Positions 38,779 to 47,326 of a DNA stretch of 64,000 bases are shown piece after piece. A program made the translations under genes and the position numbers. The DNA lies in the NCBI GenBank assembly GCA_030648835.1, contig JAUSGT010000002.1:501458-565457 (forward strand), in the 5' to 3' direction. This stretch comes from Candidatus Moraniibacteriota bacterium. Lineage in GTDB: Bacteria; Patescibacteriota; Minisyncoccia; Moranbacterales; UBA1568. Each line of letters begins with the position of its first letter. Within the stretch, counting starts at the first letter, position 1. The notes under the pieces are model-generated. The model was not told the DNA's origin. It saw only the letters and a list, made by a program, of their open reading frames with translations, and did not search any database.

Positions 38779-38819
38779 TAAAAGCCGGATGGAACGTAGT
38801 TATCGTTCACCGGCTTTTA
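38779..38819. terminator. bidirectional terminator between convergent genes
   Basis: AAAAGCCGG..GAACG-loop-CGTTC.CCGGCTTTT. Confidence 0.7.
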
Positions 38820-38833
38820 TTGTGCGTCGCGTT

Positions 38834-39811
38834 TTACGCAACAACACTTGTTTGGCGGTATTTTTTCATGACACCTTTTCGGATGCGGCTGATGTCGGTG
38901 TGCATCATATAGGCCCAGTTCTGCATCCGTTGCCATTTGGTGCCCATCTTATTGACGAAGCGGGCGTAGGCCATCGGATCTTTCTCCGGGTCAGGTTTAT
39001 TCCAATCTCCGGTACCCGGAATGGGAGCGATGAATTCGAAGCCGTCTTCTCCTTCACCGAAAGCATCGAGCAGCTTGATGAGCGTGGGGACTTCTTCGAC
39101 CCCGTGTTCATCGTATTCATAATCCGCGGGTAAGATGTTGCCGGCTTTGTCACGCCGTTCATCGTCCCAGGCAGGGATGGTAGAGCGACGAGGATCATCG
39201 AGGCGCCGCTGCTCACACATCGTGTCGAAGCCACCGACCTGCATAAGAGAAATATTATGCCAGAGTGAGCACGTATTCATGATGTAGCCTTGCATCACGT
39301 ATGGCTTGATGGCGTCGAAGCCGAGGCCCGTGACGAGCGCGCCTTCGTCGAGCGCACCGAGCATACACGCGAAGGAATCGTGCGTAATGTTGGAGTCGGC
39401 CTCGCTTGAAAGGATGAGTGAATGACTGCAGCCTTTGACAAGCTGGACGGCGACTGCCCGATTCAGAATCTGACAGAAAATATCGCCGTGTTTCATTTCG
39501 TGAACCCAGACATTGGGTATATCACGTTCAATGATTTCGACGACCAGCGCCTCGGCGAGTTTCCCACAGTCATGGTCCTTGCGCGCTCTGTCAGACGCTA
39601 CCCAGATATCCACCCGTTTGATGGTATTCTTTTCCGGGTGGTGTCTCAAGGTTTGCAACATTTCGACGGTGCCAAGCAATTGCTTGACGCGCGCCGGGAC
39701 ACTTTCCTGTGTTCCGGCAAATCCGCGGAGGATGGCGCCAACAGTATTCTTTTCGAGGAAGTGTGCCGCGCCGCGTTCGTGGACTGCATTGCTGCGTATG
39801 TCTTGTATCAT
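38834..39811 (-). CDS. hypothetical protein, divergent GT-A-fold-like
   Basis: F...LN.A, NT.SLW....VGGFD, GVEE resemble GT2 motifs, but DxD is replaced by SSE; CAGGAG SD. Confidence 0.6.
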   Translation of the reverse strand: MIQDIRSNAVHERGAAHFLEKNTVGAILRGFAGTQESVPARVKQLLGTVEMLQTLRHHPEKNTIKRVDIWVASDRARKDHDCGKLAEALVVEIIERDIPNVWVHEMKHGDIFCQILNRAVAVQLVKGCSHSLILSSEADSNITHDSFACMLGALDEGALVTGLGFDAIKPYVMQGYIMNTCSLWHNISLMQVGGFDTMCEQRRLDDPRRSTIPAWDDERRDKAGNILPADYEYDEHGVEEVPTLIKLLDAFGEGEDGFEFIAPIPGTGDWNKPDPEKDPMAYARFVNKMGTKWQRMQNWAYMMHTDISRIRKGVMKKYRQTSVVA

Positions 39812-39942
39812 GAGTTTTCTCCTGAGGTTGGTAGACCTTTAGGCCCGGAGCTTTTTCAGGTATCCCAGAGGGTGAAATTGTCAAAGTACCCATACTACCG
39901 GGTACCGAGACCCAGTGTCGCGCATTTTTAGCTCGACCATAC

Positions 39943-39971
39943 ATTATACACCTTTTTAGTGATTTTGTCAA
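39943..39971 (-). promoter_or_regulatory. perfect sigma70 promoter
   Basis: Minus strand TTGACA(39971-66)-17 nt-TATAAT(39948-43). Confidence 0.85.
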
Positions 39972-40029
39972 GAAGAAAATTAAGACGATTTATGTTAGAG
40001 TAAAGCAGAAATCATTTTATAGTGACATG

Positions 40030-40155
40030 CCCGGTAGTGAAATTTCGACTAAGTTTTATTGGCCTAGCTATATAAGGGCTAGTGTTTGGTTTTTAAATAT
40101 AAATGTTTATTGAGTTTTTTTGACATAATGCAAATGTCGAAATTCTACTACCGGG
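40030..40155 (+). mobile_element. MITE family 2, copy A
   Basis: 20-bp TIR CCCGGTAGTGAAATTTCGAC / GTCGAAATTCTACTACCGGG; flanks CATG and TATG, the latter containing the start codon at 40157. Confidence 0.7.
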
Positions 40156-40156
40156 T

Positions 40157-41089
40157 ATGCGTAAAAACCTCCTGACCGCGGGGAAAATCCTCATAACGTT
40201 GGCACTGGTATTCTGGCTGATTGAGCGCGTCGATTGGCGGGGGGTATTGGCGCAGCTCTCCTCCATCACCTGGCCGCTCTTGTTTCTCTATGTCGTTTTT
40301 CAGCTGCTCGGTAATCTTATTTCCGCCAAGAAATGGCAGACTATCGGACGTTTTAAAGGGCTCGACTTCAGTTTGCGAGAAGCGTTCTTCGCTTATTTGG
40401 CAGGGACATTCATCAACAACTTCTTGCCATCCACCATTGGTGGCGATGCCTACCGTACTATTTGGTTGGTGAAGCGCTCCGGCGCGCGCGCGGCCGCTCT
40501 TTCCACGGTTATTTTTGATCGTTTCATCGGACTGTGGACGATCGCTCTTTTGGCACTCTTGTTCAGTCCGGTGTTGTTTCCTTTTATGAAAGAAAGTCTC
40601 CCGCTTTCTCTCTCCTACATCACCCTCGTCGTTTTTTTCGTGGTAGATCTCGTCATCACGTACGCGTACTGTCAAGCATGGTTTCATACTCTCGTGGCGC
40701 GCCTACCGTTTCACAAACTGCGCCGCTTTTTGGAAGAGATTATTTTTTACACCAAAAAACACATCTGGCTCAAAACCAGTCTCTGGTCAGCTCTCTTCAT
40801 CTTTGTCGGCTTGGTACTTTCCAACTTTACCTTGTTCCACGCTCTGGGAAGTGATATTGGGATTCTTCCCTTTGCGAGCGTCATGTTCCTTGTGGCCATC
40901 GTCGCGTCTATCCCGATCTCGATCAATAATATCGGTATCAAGGAGTGGGCTTATATCACCTTCTTTGGCCTGGTCGGGGTGAGCGTAGAAACGGCCGTGA
41001 CGGTGGCGCTCCTCTCCCGCTTCATCCAGATGCTTCTCTCTTTCATCGCTTTGCCGCAATACTTGAGGAAAGAAGATACCAAACAATAG
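40157..41089 (+). CDS. LPG-synthase TM / UPF0104 (AglD C-terminal-like) flippase-domain protein
   Basis: G.F.NNFLPS.IGGDAYR, FDR..GL, PIS...IG.KE. Confidence 0.85.
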   Translation: MRKNLLTAGKILITLALVFWLIERVDWRGVLAQLSSITWPLLFLYVVFQLLGNLISAKKWQTIGRFKGLDFSLREAFFAYLAGTFINNFLPSTIGGDAYRTIWLVKRSGARAAALSTVIFDRFIGLWTIALLALLFSPVLFPFMKESLPLSLSYITLVVFFVVDLVITYAYCQAWFHTLVARLPFHKLRRFLEEIIFYTKKHIWLKTSLWSALFIFVGLVLSNFTLFHALGSDIGILPFASVMFLVAIVASIPISINNIGIKEWAYITFFGLVGVSVETAVTVALLSRFIQMLLSFIALPQYLRKEDTKQ

Positions 41090-41115
41090 ATATTTTTAAA
41101 AAGATTTTTCGTTTA

Positions 41116-41208
41116 TCCAGCACCTTCCAGAATACCCCGTGGTCTTGTCACGGGGGTAAATGGAAACATCAATCCATCCTGCGTGGTTCAATACCCTAAG
41201 GTGCTGGA
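41116..41208 (+). mobile_element. MITE family 1, copy 2
   Basis: Same TIRs; TTTA duplicated at 41112-15 and 41209-12; supplies the stop codon of the adjacent gene. Confidence 0.8.
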
Positions 41209-43034
41209 TTTACTTTGACGACCTTGATAAAGTTTCCTTGACGGTTGCCGATAAAAAGTTGCCAAGCCGGATTGGGCGCGTTGTAATATCGGTACGCCGT
41301 GAGCCCCGATTTTTCTTCCCAGCGATCGTATTTCGGCATATAGCGGATCTGTCCGCGGCGCGTGAGGACGTAGTAATCCGGGTGGAGCGTTTCTTTATCG
41401 AATGAGTAGGCCGTGAGGCAACGCCCGACAAAAAATTCGCAGACGCCGTAGTAATCCGACCAGACGGTGAGCCGCTCTGCGTTTGGGAGACCATTCAGGT
41501 AGACCGCGGCTTCGTAGCCGCCATAGCCCCAGGCATCACTGATGAGGGCGTTTTGAGGGAGGAGGAAATTGGTGTAATTGAAGTAGAAAGGTTTGATGGT
41601 GATGAGACTGGCAAGCGAGCCCAAGAAAATGATGGAGGTTATGAAAAACGGCGTCCATCGTGGGGTGAACTTTTCACAGATAAACCAGAAACCAAGGGCT
41701 GCCAAAAAAGCGAAAAGAGGATAGAGGAAAACGCTGTAGCGCGGCGTCGAGAGGACATTGGAAAAAAGAAGGAGAAGTGTGTACGCGAGAGCGAAAAGGA
41801 GTAAACCGGAAGAGAAAAACGAATAGTTGTTTTTCTTTTTTACTATAAGCGTGGTGAGGAGAGCCGTCAGTCCCAAGAGTACGAGTGGCGTGAGTGAAAA
41901 GATTATCGGGTTCCATTCCAGAAGCAAGGCTTCCAAAAAGCGGGGAGTGTCCGTATAGTAGCGGGCGTTGGAAAGGTCTTTGATGTCGAAAGGGATGAGC
42001 GCGAAGATTCTCCACCCGGCAAAAAAGTTTCGGGCGATGATGAGGAAGAAAAAAATACCCAAAAACAGAAATGGTAGCGCGCGCGAGAGAGGAACAAGAA
42101 ATTTCCGGTAAAGGGTACGGACAAAGAAGAGGAACTTGTTTTTGAAAATGAAGGTGTCGAGGGCGAGCACGCCAAGGAGGAGTCCTCCACTTGAAAAGAA
42201 GATCAGTTTATGGGGAAGGGCAAGGAAGAAGGCATCTCGGGCGCTCGGACTGATGAGAAGAGCGGGAAGAAAAAGGCACAGAAGAATGAGCGCGCCAAAA
42301 ACAATTATGGTCCATTGGATGAGAGATTTCTTCAAAGCGCTCCGCAGAGTTTCATCGGTCGTCTCATCGGCACGCAAGAAGCGGAAAAGAATAAGCGCCA
42401 AGAAGAAAGGAAAGAGAATAAGTGCCGTGTATTTGGAAAGGAGTGCCAAGCCGGTACAGACGACAGTGAGCCACAGGAATTTCTTTTCTTCGGATTTTAA
42501 GAGGGCGAAAAAAGAAAATATCGCCACCATACCGAAGGACCAGAGGAGACTGTCGGGATTCACGATTTGCGAGATGCCCAGCAGAATCGGTGAAAGGGCC
42601 GAAAGGAGAGTAGTCCAGAGAGCGATCCAAGGATTCGTCAGTTTGACAATGAGAAAAAAGAGAAGGAAGAGAAGGCATCCGTTCAAAATGAGAAGAGGGA
42701 GACGAAAGTCTCTGTATATCGCCTCTACCCGATTCGTTTGGCAGGTGAGTATTTTGGCGTTGCTTTCGACGCATAGTGTCTTGGAATCGGGGTCGAGAAA
42801 GTAGCCTATGCCGGAAACCAAAGCCAGACTCACGCCGGGCTTGTCGTTGATAAAGGTTTTCTTCCATTTGCTGTTGGCTACGGCATCCCAGTATTGCGGG
42901 ACGCGTTCATAGACCCAGTAGTGCTCGTCCGCGGTGATGAACTTTCCCAGGTGTTGGAGGCCAAAGAAAAAATACGCGGAGAAAACAAGCGCCAATGAGA
43001 TATGGAAAAAATATCTGTTGAGAAAACCAAGCAT
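41196..43034 (-). CDS. GT-C glycosyltransferase (ArnT/PMT-like)
   Basis: TADEHYW, DKPG, NPD, GLALLSKY; many TMs. Confidence 0.8.
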   Translation of the reverse strand: MLGFLNRYFFHISLALVFSAYFFFGLQHLGKFITADEHYWVYERVPQYWDAVANSKWKKTFINDKPGVSLALVSGIGYFLDPDSKTLCVESNAKILTCQTNRVEAIYRDFRLPLLILNGCLLFLLFFLIVKLTNPWIALWTTLLSALSPILLGISQIVNPDSLLWSFGMVAIFSFFALLKSEEKKFLWLTVVCTGLALLSKYTALILFPFFLALILFRFLRADETTDETLRSALKKSLIQWTIIVFGALILLCLFLPALLISPSARDAFFLALPHKLIFFSSGGLLLGVLALDTFIFKNKFLFFVRTLYRKFLVPLSRALPFLFLGIFFFLIIARNFFAGWRIFALIPFDIKDLSNARYYTDTPRFLEALLLEWNPIIFSLTPLVLLGLTALLTTLIVKKKNNYSFFSSGLLLFALAYTLLLLFSNVLSTPRYSVFLYPLFAFLAALGFWFICEKFTPRWTPFFITSIIFLGSLASLITIKPFYFNYTNFLLPQNALISDAWGYGGYEAAVYLNGLPNAERLTVWSDYYGVCEFFVGRCLTAYSFDKETLHPDYYVLTRRGQIRYMPKYDRWEEKSGLTAYRYYNAPNPAWQLFIGNRQGNFIKVVKVNPAP

Positions 43035-43035
43035 A

Positions 43036-43157
43036 CCCAGTAGTGAAACTTCGATAGTTTTTTAGGAAAACTATCTCTGTGTATCAAATGTTATTTTTTA
43101 TCAATGCTTCTTATGAAAGATTCCACCATAATACTTAATCGAAGTTCTACTACTGGG
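43036..43157 (+). mobile_element. MITE family 2, copy B
   Basis: TIR CCCAGTAGTGAAACTTCGAT / ATCGAAGTTCTACTACTGGG; CATA duplicated at 43032-35 and 43158-61. Confidence 0.75.
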
Positions 43158-43162
43158 CATAG

Positions 43163-45433
43163 CTATTGTTCAAAACGGAACACTTTGACGAAGTGCGACG
43201 GACGATTATTGATGAGGATGTGGAAGAGCGGATTGGTTTTCGTGTAGTACTGATCAAAACGGATGATTCCGGGTTTATTATTGGCGATATCTCCGCCCAT
43301 CATCTTGGTTGTTCGACTCTGGCGGCCGGCAGAAACGACGATATAGTCGAGCCCGTTTTCCCGCATCATCGCATAGTTCCGACTGCTTGAGCATCGGCCG
43401 ACGAAGAATTTGCATACTCCATCTTTGTCCGTCCAAATGAGCATATTTTTGGCCTCAGGCAAGGAGTTCAGATACTGGGCGGCCTCATAGCTCCCCGCGC
43501 CCATATCTTTCACGTCAACGCTGTATTTGGCCGGCAGGAGCGCTGAGGCATAGCTCAGGGGAAAGGGTGTGAGAAAAAGCGTCAGCCCTCCCAAGAGGAT
43601 AACGAGAGAAGTCACGAAGACCGGTGTCGGCATTTCTTTGAGGGAGAATTTTTTGTGGATGGCAGTCAGACAATGTTCGAGAGTAATCCCGGCGATAATG
43701 GCGGCCAGGGGGAAGATGATAATCTGGTAACGGACAATCGCTCCCACGTGATTGACGGTTGTTCCGAGATAGTAGAGGAGAGTGAAGACGATGAGGTAGA
43801 AAGAAGTGCGCAAGGCGACCGATTCCGCAAAATGTTTTTTGAGAAAGAAAAAGGGCGCGATAATAAGAAAGAGGAAAACGAGCGGAGTGATACCGAAAAG
43901 GAGCGGGTAGAAATTCGTGAGGTAGGCGCCGATGAAATCGCTTTTGTCGGCAATCGTCTTGGGCGAGGCGAGGAGTTCCATAAAGTGATAGGGTGTCATA
44001 CCGAGCCACGTATCGAGAAGAGTGAAGGAAACAGCCGTAAAAAATATTCCACCGATGACCCAGGCGAGAGTGTGTTTTAGTTTTTGGAACAGGCTCAAAA
44101 TGACGCCGGTGAAACGGGATGCGTTCAGCCATTGATCGAGAAGAATGAGAAGCGTGACCACCAGAAAGAGAGGAGCCACTTTTTCAAAGGCTTGGCTTCC
44201 GAGGGTGGAGGTGAAGAGTTTCATTGGTTTGATCCACACGGCTGGAAAGAGAATGTAAAAAGTGGTGAGCGCCGCAAAGGTGAGGAGGGCAAGATGCTCA
44301 AGCGATTTTTTCAGGTAGCGAGTGAAAGGAATGAGCGCCTGTTTGGGATGGTAGAGATATTCGAGGAAAATGAGACCGAGGAAAAAAACAAAAAGAATAT
44401 TGGCGACATACTTGGTGAGGAGCGCCAAACCGAGAAAAATTCCGGAGAAGATGAGATAGCGAAACGAGCCACGTTTCTGAAATACAAGGTACGAGAGGAG
44501 CGAAAGCGGAGCAAAGACCCAAAGCAGCGAATCAGGGTTGATGATTTTGGTTATACCGATCAAGACCGGGGAAAGCGCGATAAAAGCGAAGCCGAACACA
44601 GCGTGTCTTCTCCCGAGCAGGCGTTCCAGAAAAAAGTAGAAAAGCGGCAGGAAGAGCGTGACAAAGAGAAGCTGTGGGAGACGGAAAGCGAAGTAATAGC
44701 TTTTTACATCGTTTTTGAGGTTGAGAACCTCACCTTGGTAGTGCGTGGTACGGTACTCTTTGGTCGATTTGAAAAATGTGCCGGGCCCGGTTACCAGAGC
44801 CACGGTAATACCCGGTTTATCGCTGATACCGGTGCCTTTCCAATCGCGCTCCCCGATATTTTTCCAGTATTTGGCGATGCGACCATCGATCCAGAGTGGT
44901 TCATCGACTGCGGCATACTCTGTGAGGCGGGAGAGTCCGAAAACAAAAAACATTCCTGTTACGATGAGGATGAGGAGAAGCGTCGGCAACCCTTGGGCGA
45001 TGAACCAATTCTTGCAGGTCAGCGCTTCACTGTCGATTCTGTTTTCAGCGGCGCGTTCTTTGCCAATGAACAGGGCGGAAACGAGTACACCGCTCGCGAT
45101 AACGTACATCCCAAGCGCTATCCAGAAAATATAGTGAAAATGACGAGAGGCGCTGAGGCCATAGGCCAAAATGAGTATGCCCGGAAGCCAGATGAGGAGC
45201 AGCCGGGAAAGCCACTTTTTCCAATCGAATTGCGAAGAAAAATAGGCAACCGCGCCTAAAGAAAGTACGCCGGCAATGGCGAAACCGAGATAAAATGGAT
45301 TGTTGCTCGAAGCGAGACGAAAGAGCGCGAGAGAATTTACTTGAAGAGAAACAAAGAGAAGTGTAAGCAATGCGTTGCAGACTGTCAAAATCCCGTAGAC
45401 ACGTTTTTCTTGGTTATCGAAAAAAGCCAACAT
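43163..45433 (-). CDS. GT-C glycosyltransferase (ArnT/PMT-like), paralog of 41196-43034
   Basis: AVDEPLW, DKPG, NPDSLLW, GLALLTKY, YEAAQYLN.LP, GVC.FFVGRC. Confidence 0.8.
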   Translation of the reverse strand: MLAFFDNQEKRVYGILTVCNALLTLLFVSLQVNSLALFRLASSNNPFYLGFAIAGVLSLGAVAYFSSQFDWKKWLSRLLLIWLPGILILAYGLSASRHFHYIFWIALGMYVIASGVLVSALFIGKERAAENRIDSEALTCKNWFIAQGLPTLLLILIVTGMFFVFGLSRLTEYAAVDEPLWIDGRIAKYWKNIGERDWKGTGISDKPGITVALVTGPGTFFKSTKEYRTTHYQGEVLNLKNDVKSYYFAFRLPQLLFVTLFLPLFYFFLERLLGRRHAVFGFAFIALSPVLIGITKIINPDSLLWVFAPLSLLSYLVFQKRGSFRYLIFSGIFLGLALLTKYVANILFVFFLGLIFLEYLYHPKQALIPFTRYLKKSLEHLALLTFAALTTFYILFPAVWIKPMKLFTSTLGSQAFEKVAPLFLVVTLLILLDQWLNASRFTGVILSLFQKLKHTLAWVIGGIFFTAVSFTLLDTWLGMTPYHFMELLASPKTIADKSDFIGAYLTNFYPLLFGITPLVFLFLIIAPFFFLKKHFAESVALRTSFYLIVFTLLYYLGTTVNHVGAIVRYQIIIFPLAAIIAGITLEHCLTAIHKKFSLKEMPTPVFVTSLVILLGGLTLFLTPFPLSYASALLPAKYSVDVKDMGAGSYEAAQYLNSLPEAKNMLIWTDKDGVCKFFVGRCSSSRNYAMMRENGLDYIVVSAGRQSRTTKMMGGDIANNKPGIIRFDQYYTKTNPLFHILINNRPSHFVKVFRFEQ

Positions 45434-45526
45434 AGGAGGTTGCTTCAGAGCTTAAAATGGTTTAAAATGAAGGAAAGTTTACTTGTATCCTAGCCTAATT
45501 TAGGGAAAAAAGAAAGGCTGAAAAGT

Positions 45527-47314
45527 GTGTTTCAATTTTCTTCAAAGCAACTGGTAATTATCTCCTTGATAGCCATCATTTTATTTGGGGGTTTTTTGCG
45601 TACGTATCATTTTTCCGACTGGCTTCATTTTGAATTGGATCAGGCGCGGGATGCGCGCGTCGTCGATGACGCTCTTTCCCTGGGACCGGGTGAGTTGACG
45701 CTTTTGGGACCGAAGGCTGGCGGGACAGCGCTTCGTCTGGCGCCGGGATTTTATTATCTGGAGTATGTGAGCGCGCTCGTATTTGGTGGAACGCCCGCCG
45801 GTATGGCGGCGTTTGTGATGATCTTTTCCGTTCTTTCCCTTCCGCTTTTTTACTTTTTGCTCCGGAGGTTTTTCCCTTGGAAATTTTCTCTGGCGTTGAC
45901 ACTGCTTTTTGCCGTTTCGGAATACGCGGTGATGTACGGACGGTTCGCGTGGAATCCGAACCTTATCCCATTCTTCTCACTCTTGGGGTTCTACGCGCTT
46001 CTCCGATCGGTCGATCACGAAGAATCAAGGAAGAGTGGATGGTTCCTTGTCTCGGTTTTTTCCCTTACTTTGGCGACCCATTTTCACTTTCTCGCTTTTC
46101 TCGCCTTGCCGGCTATTTTTGTGCTTTTTCTTGTTTTTCGTCGGCCGCGTTTTCCTTGGAAAACATGGGTTTGGGCCGGAATAATTGCTCTCTGTCTCTA
46201 CGCGCCGCTTCTTTTGAATGAAATGGAAACCGGCGGCGCCAATACGCGTGAATTTTTCAAAGCGGTGACCGAAAAATCAAATAACGAAAAGCATTCTTTG
46301 ATTGAAAAGGCTCTTCGTGACGTATCGGGGCACGCGCTTTCCGGTATGGTTATCACGACCGGTTTTGAAGGGGGTACATTTCCGGCGGTGGTTGTCGCGA
46401 AGGAAGGTAAATGGATAGACTGGACCTGCGATAACCGCTGTGATAAGGGGAAATGGTATGGGATAGCGGCCACGCTCGTTTTCATAGCCAGTCTTTTTTC
46501 GCTTGGGTGGCTGTGGTTCAGGACAATGGAACGCAAACGACTCGATTTTCTGCTCCTCTGTGGGATATGGTTCGGTGTTACTTTTACTCTTTTCTTGCCG
46601 CTCGCGTATGATATCGTTCCGAGATTTTTTCTCCTTTCCCTTCCGCTTTTCTTTATTTTTATCGGGTTTGTTTTATTCTCCATAAGAAAGCTTTTCGGTG
46701 CCAGTCGAATCGTACGCCAGGCGGTATGGATACTGCTTGCTCTTCTTGTCGTTTCCAATCTTTTTTTCCTGACGCAGCGTTTTGACGAATTGTCGCAAGC
46801 CGGGAGCGCGGCCATCGATAGCCCGCCGGATCGTATTTTGAAGGAACGCATTCGTGTGACACTGGAGCAACAGAATGCGATTGTAGATTTTCTCGGGGAG
46901 CGTTTCCAAAAAACGGGCTACCCGGTGTTTATGTGGAGCGAACCTCAGCACCGTCGCGCGCTCAAGTACCTCTTGGAAAAACGTGGAATAGAGAATGCCG
47001 TCTTGGGTTTTGATGGGGTATATCGGCAAGGCGTTTACTATCTTATTTTACGGGCCCAATCCGATCTTGAGGACGCGCTCAAGAAATATCGCGCAAGCTA
47101 CACAGTCGGGAAGACGACCTCATTCGGGACGCTGGTTGTGATCGAACTCATGCCAAAACCGGAAGCTATCATGGGTGAACGCAGGGATTTTTCGGCGGCG
47201 AAACCTGTGGAAATCAAATCTTCACCGCGCTATACCTGGCGGGAATATTTCAGTCGCAATTTTTCTCAACCTGAGAACATAAAAGAGGATATCGAAGACG
47301 CAGAAGATAATTAA
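45527..47314 (+). CDS. GT-C glycosyltransferase (ArnT/PMT-like)
   Basis: FLR.Y...F..DQARD, LLGP, P.FYY, R..WNPN; GTG start. Confidence 0.8.
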   Translation: MFQFSSKQLVIISLIAIILFGGFLRTYHFSDWLHFELDQARDARVVDDALSLGPGELTLLGPKAGGTALRLAPGFYYLEYVSALVFGGTPAGMAAFVMIFSVLSLPLFYFLLRRFFPWKFSLALTLLFAVSEYAVMYGRFAWNPNLIPFFSLLGFYALLRSVDHEESRKSGWFLVSVFSLTLATHFHFLAFLALPAIFVLFLVFRRPRFPWKTWVWAGIIALCLYAPLLLNEMETGGANTREFFKAVTEKSNNEKHSLIEKALRDVSGHALSGMVITTGFEGGTFPAVVVAKEGKWIDWTCDNRCDKGKWYGIAATLVFIASLFSLGWLWFRTMERKRLDFLLLCGIWFGVTFTLFLPLAYDIVPRFFLLSLPLFFIFIGFVLFSIRKLFGASRIVRQAVWILLALLVVSNLFFLTQRFDELSQAGSAAIDSPPDRILKERIRVTLEQQNAIVDFLGERFQKTGYPVFMWSEPQHRRALKYLLEKRGIENAVLGFDGVYRQGVYYLILRAQSDLEDALKKYRASYTVGKTTSFGTLVVIELMPKPEAIMGERRDFSAAKPVEIKSSPRYTWREYFSRNFSQPENIKEDIEDAEDN

Positions 47315-47326
47315 AAATCCATACTT

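Noticed and set aside
40120-40149. TTGACA inside MITE copy A as a -35 box
   Set aside because: No acceptable -10 at 16-18 nt; the overlapping TG-A-CATAAT extended -10 reading is preferred but unproven.
40026-43161. Composite transposon formed by the two family-2 elements around two genes
   Set aside because: Each copy has its own target duplication, and the enclosed GT-C gene is a paralog of the gene outside, so independent insertions are simpler.
44084-45259. 391-aa plus-strand ORF, and similar K/E/R-rich ORFs at 42136, 46198, 47222 and 16093
   Set aside because: Antisense shadows of well-supported genes, mostly hydrophobic ones; no motifs or start signals.
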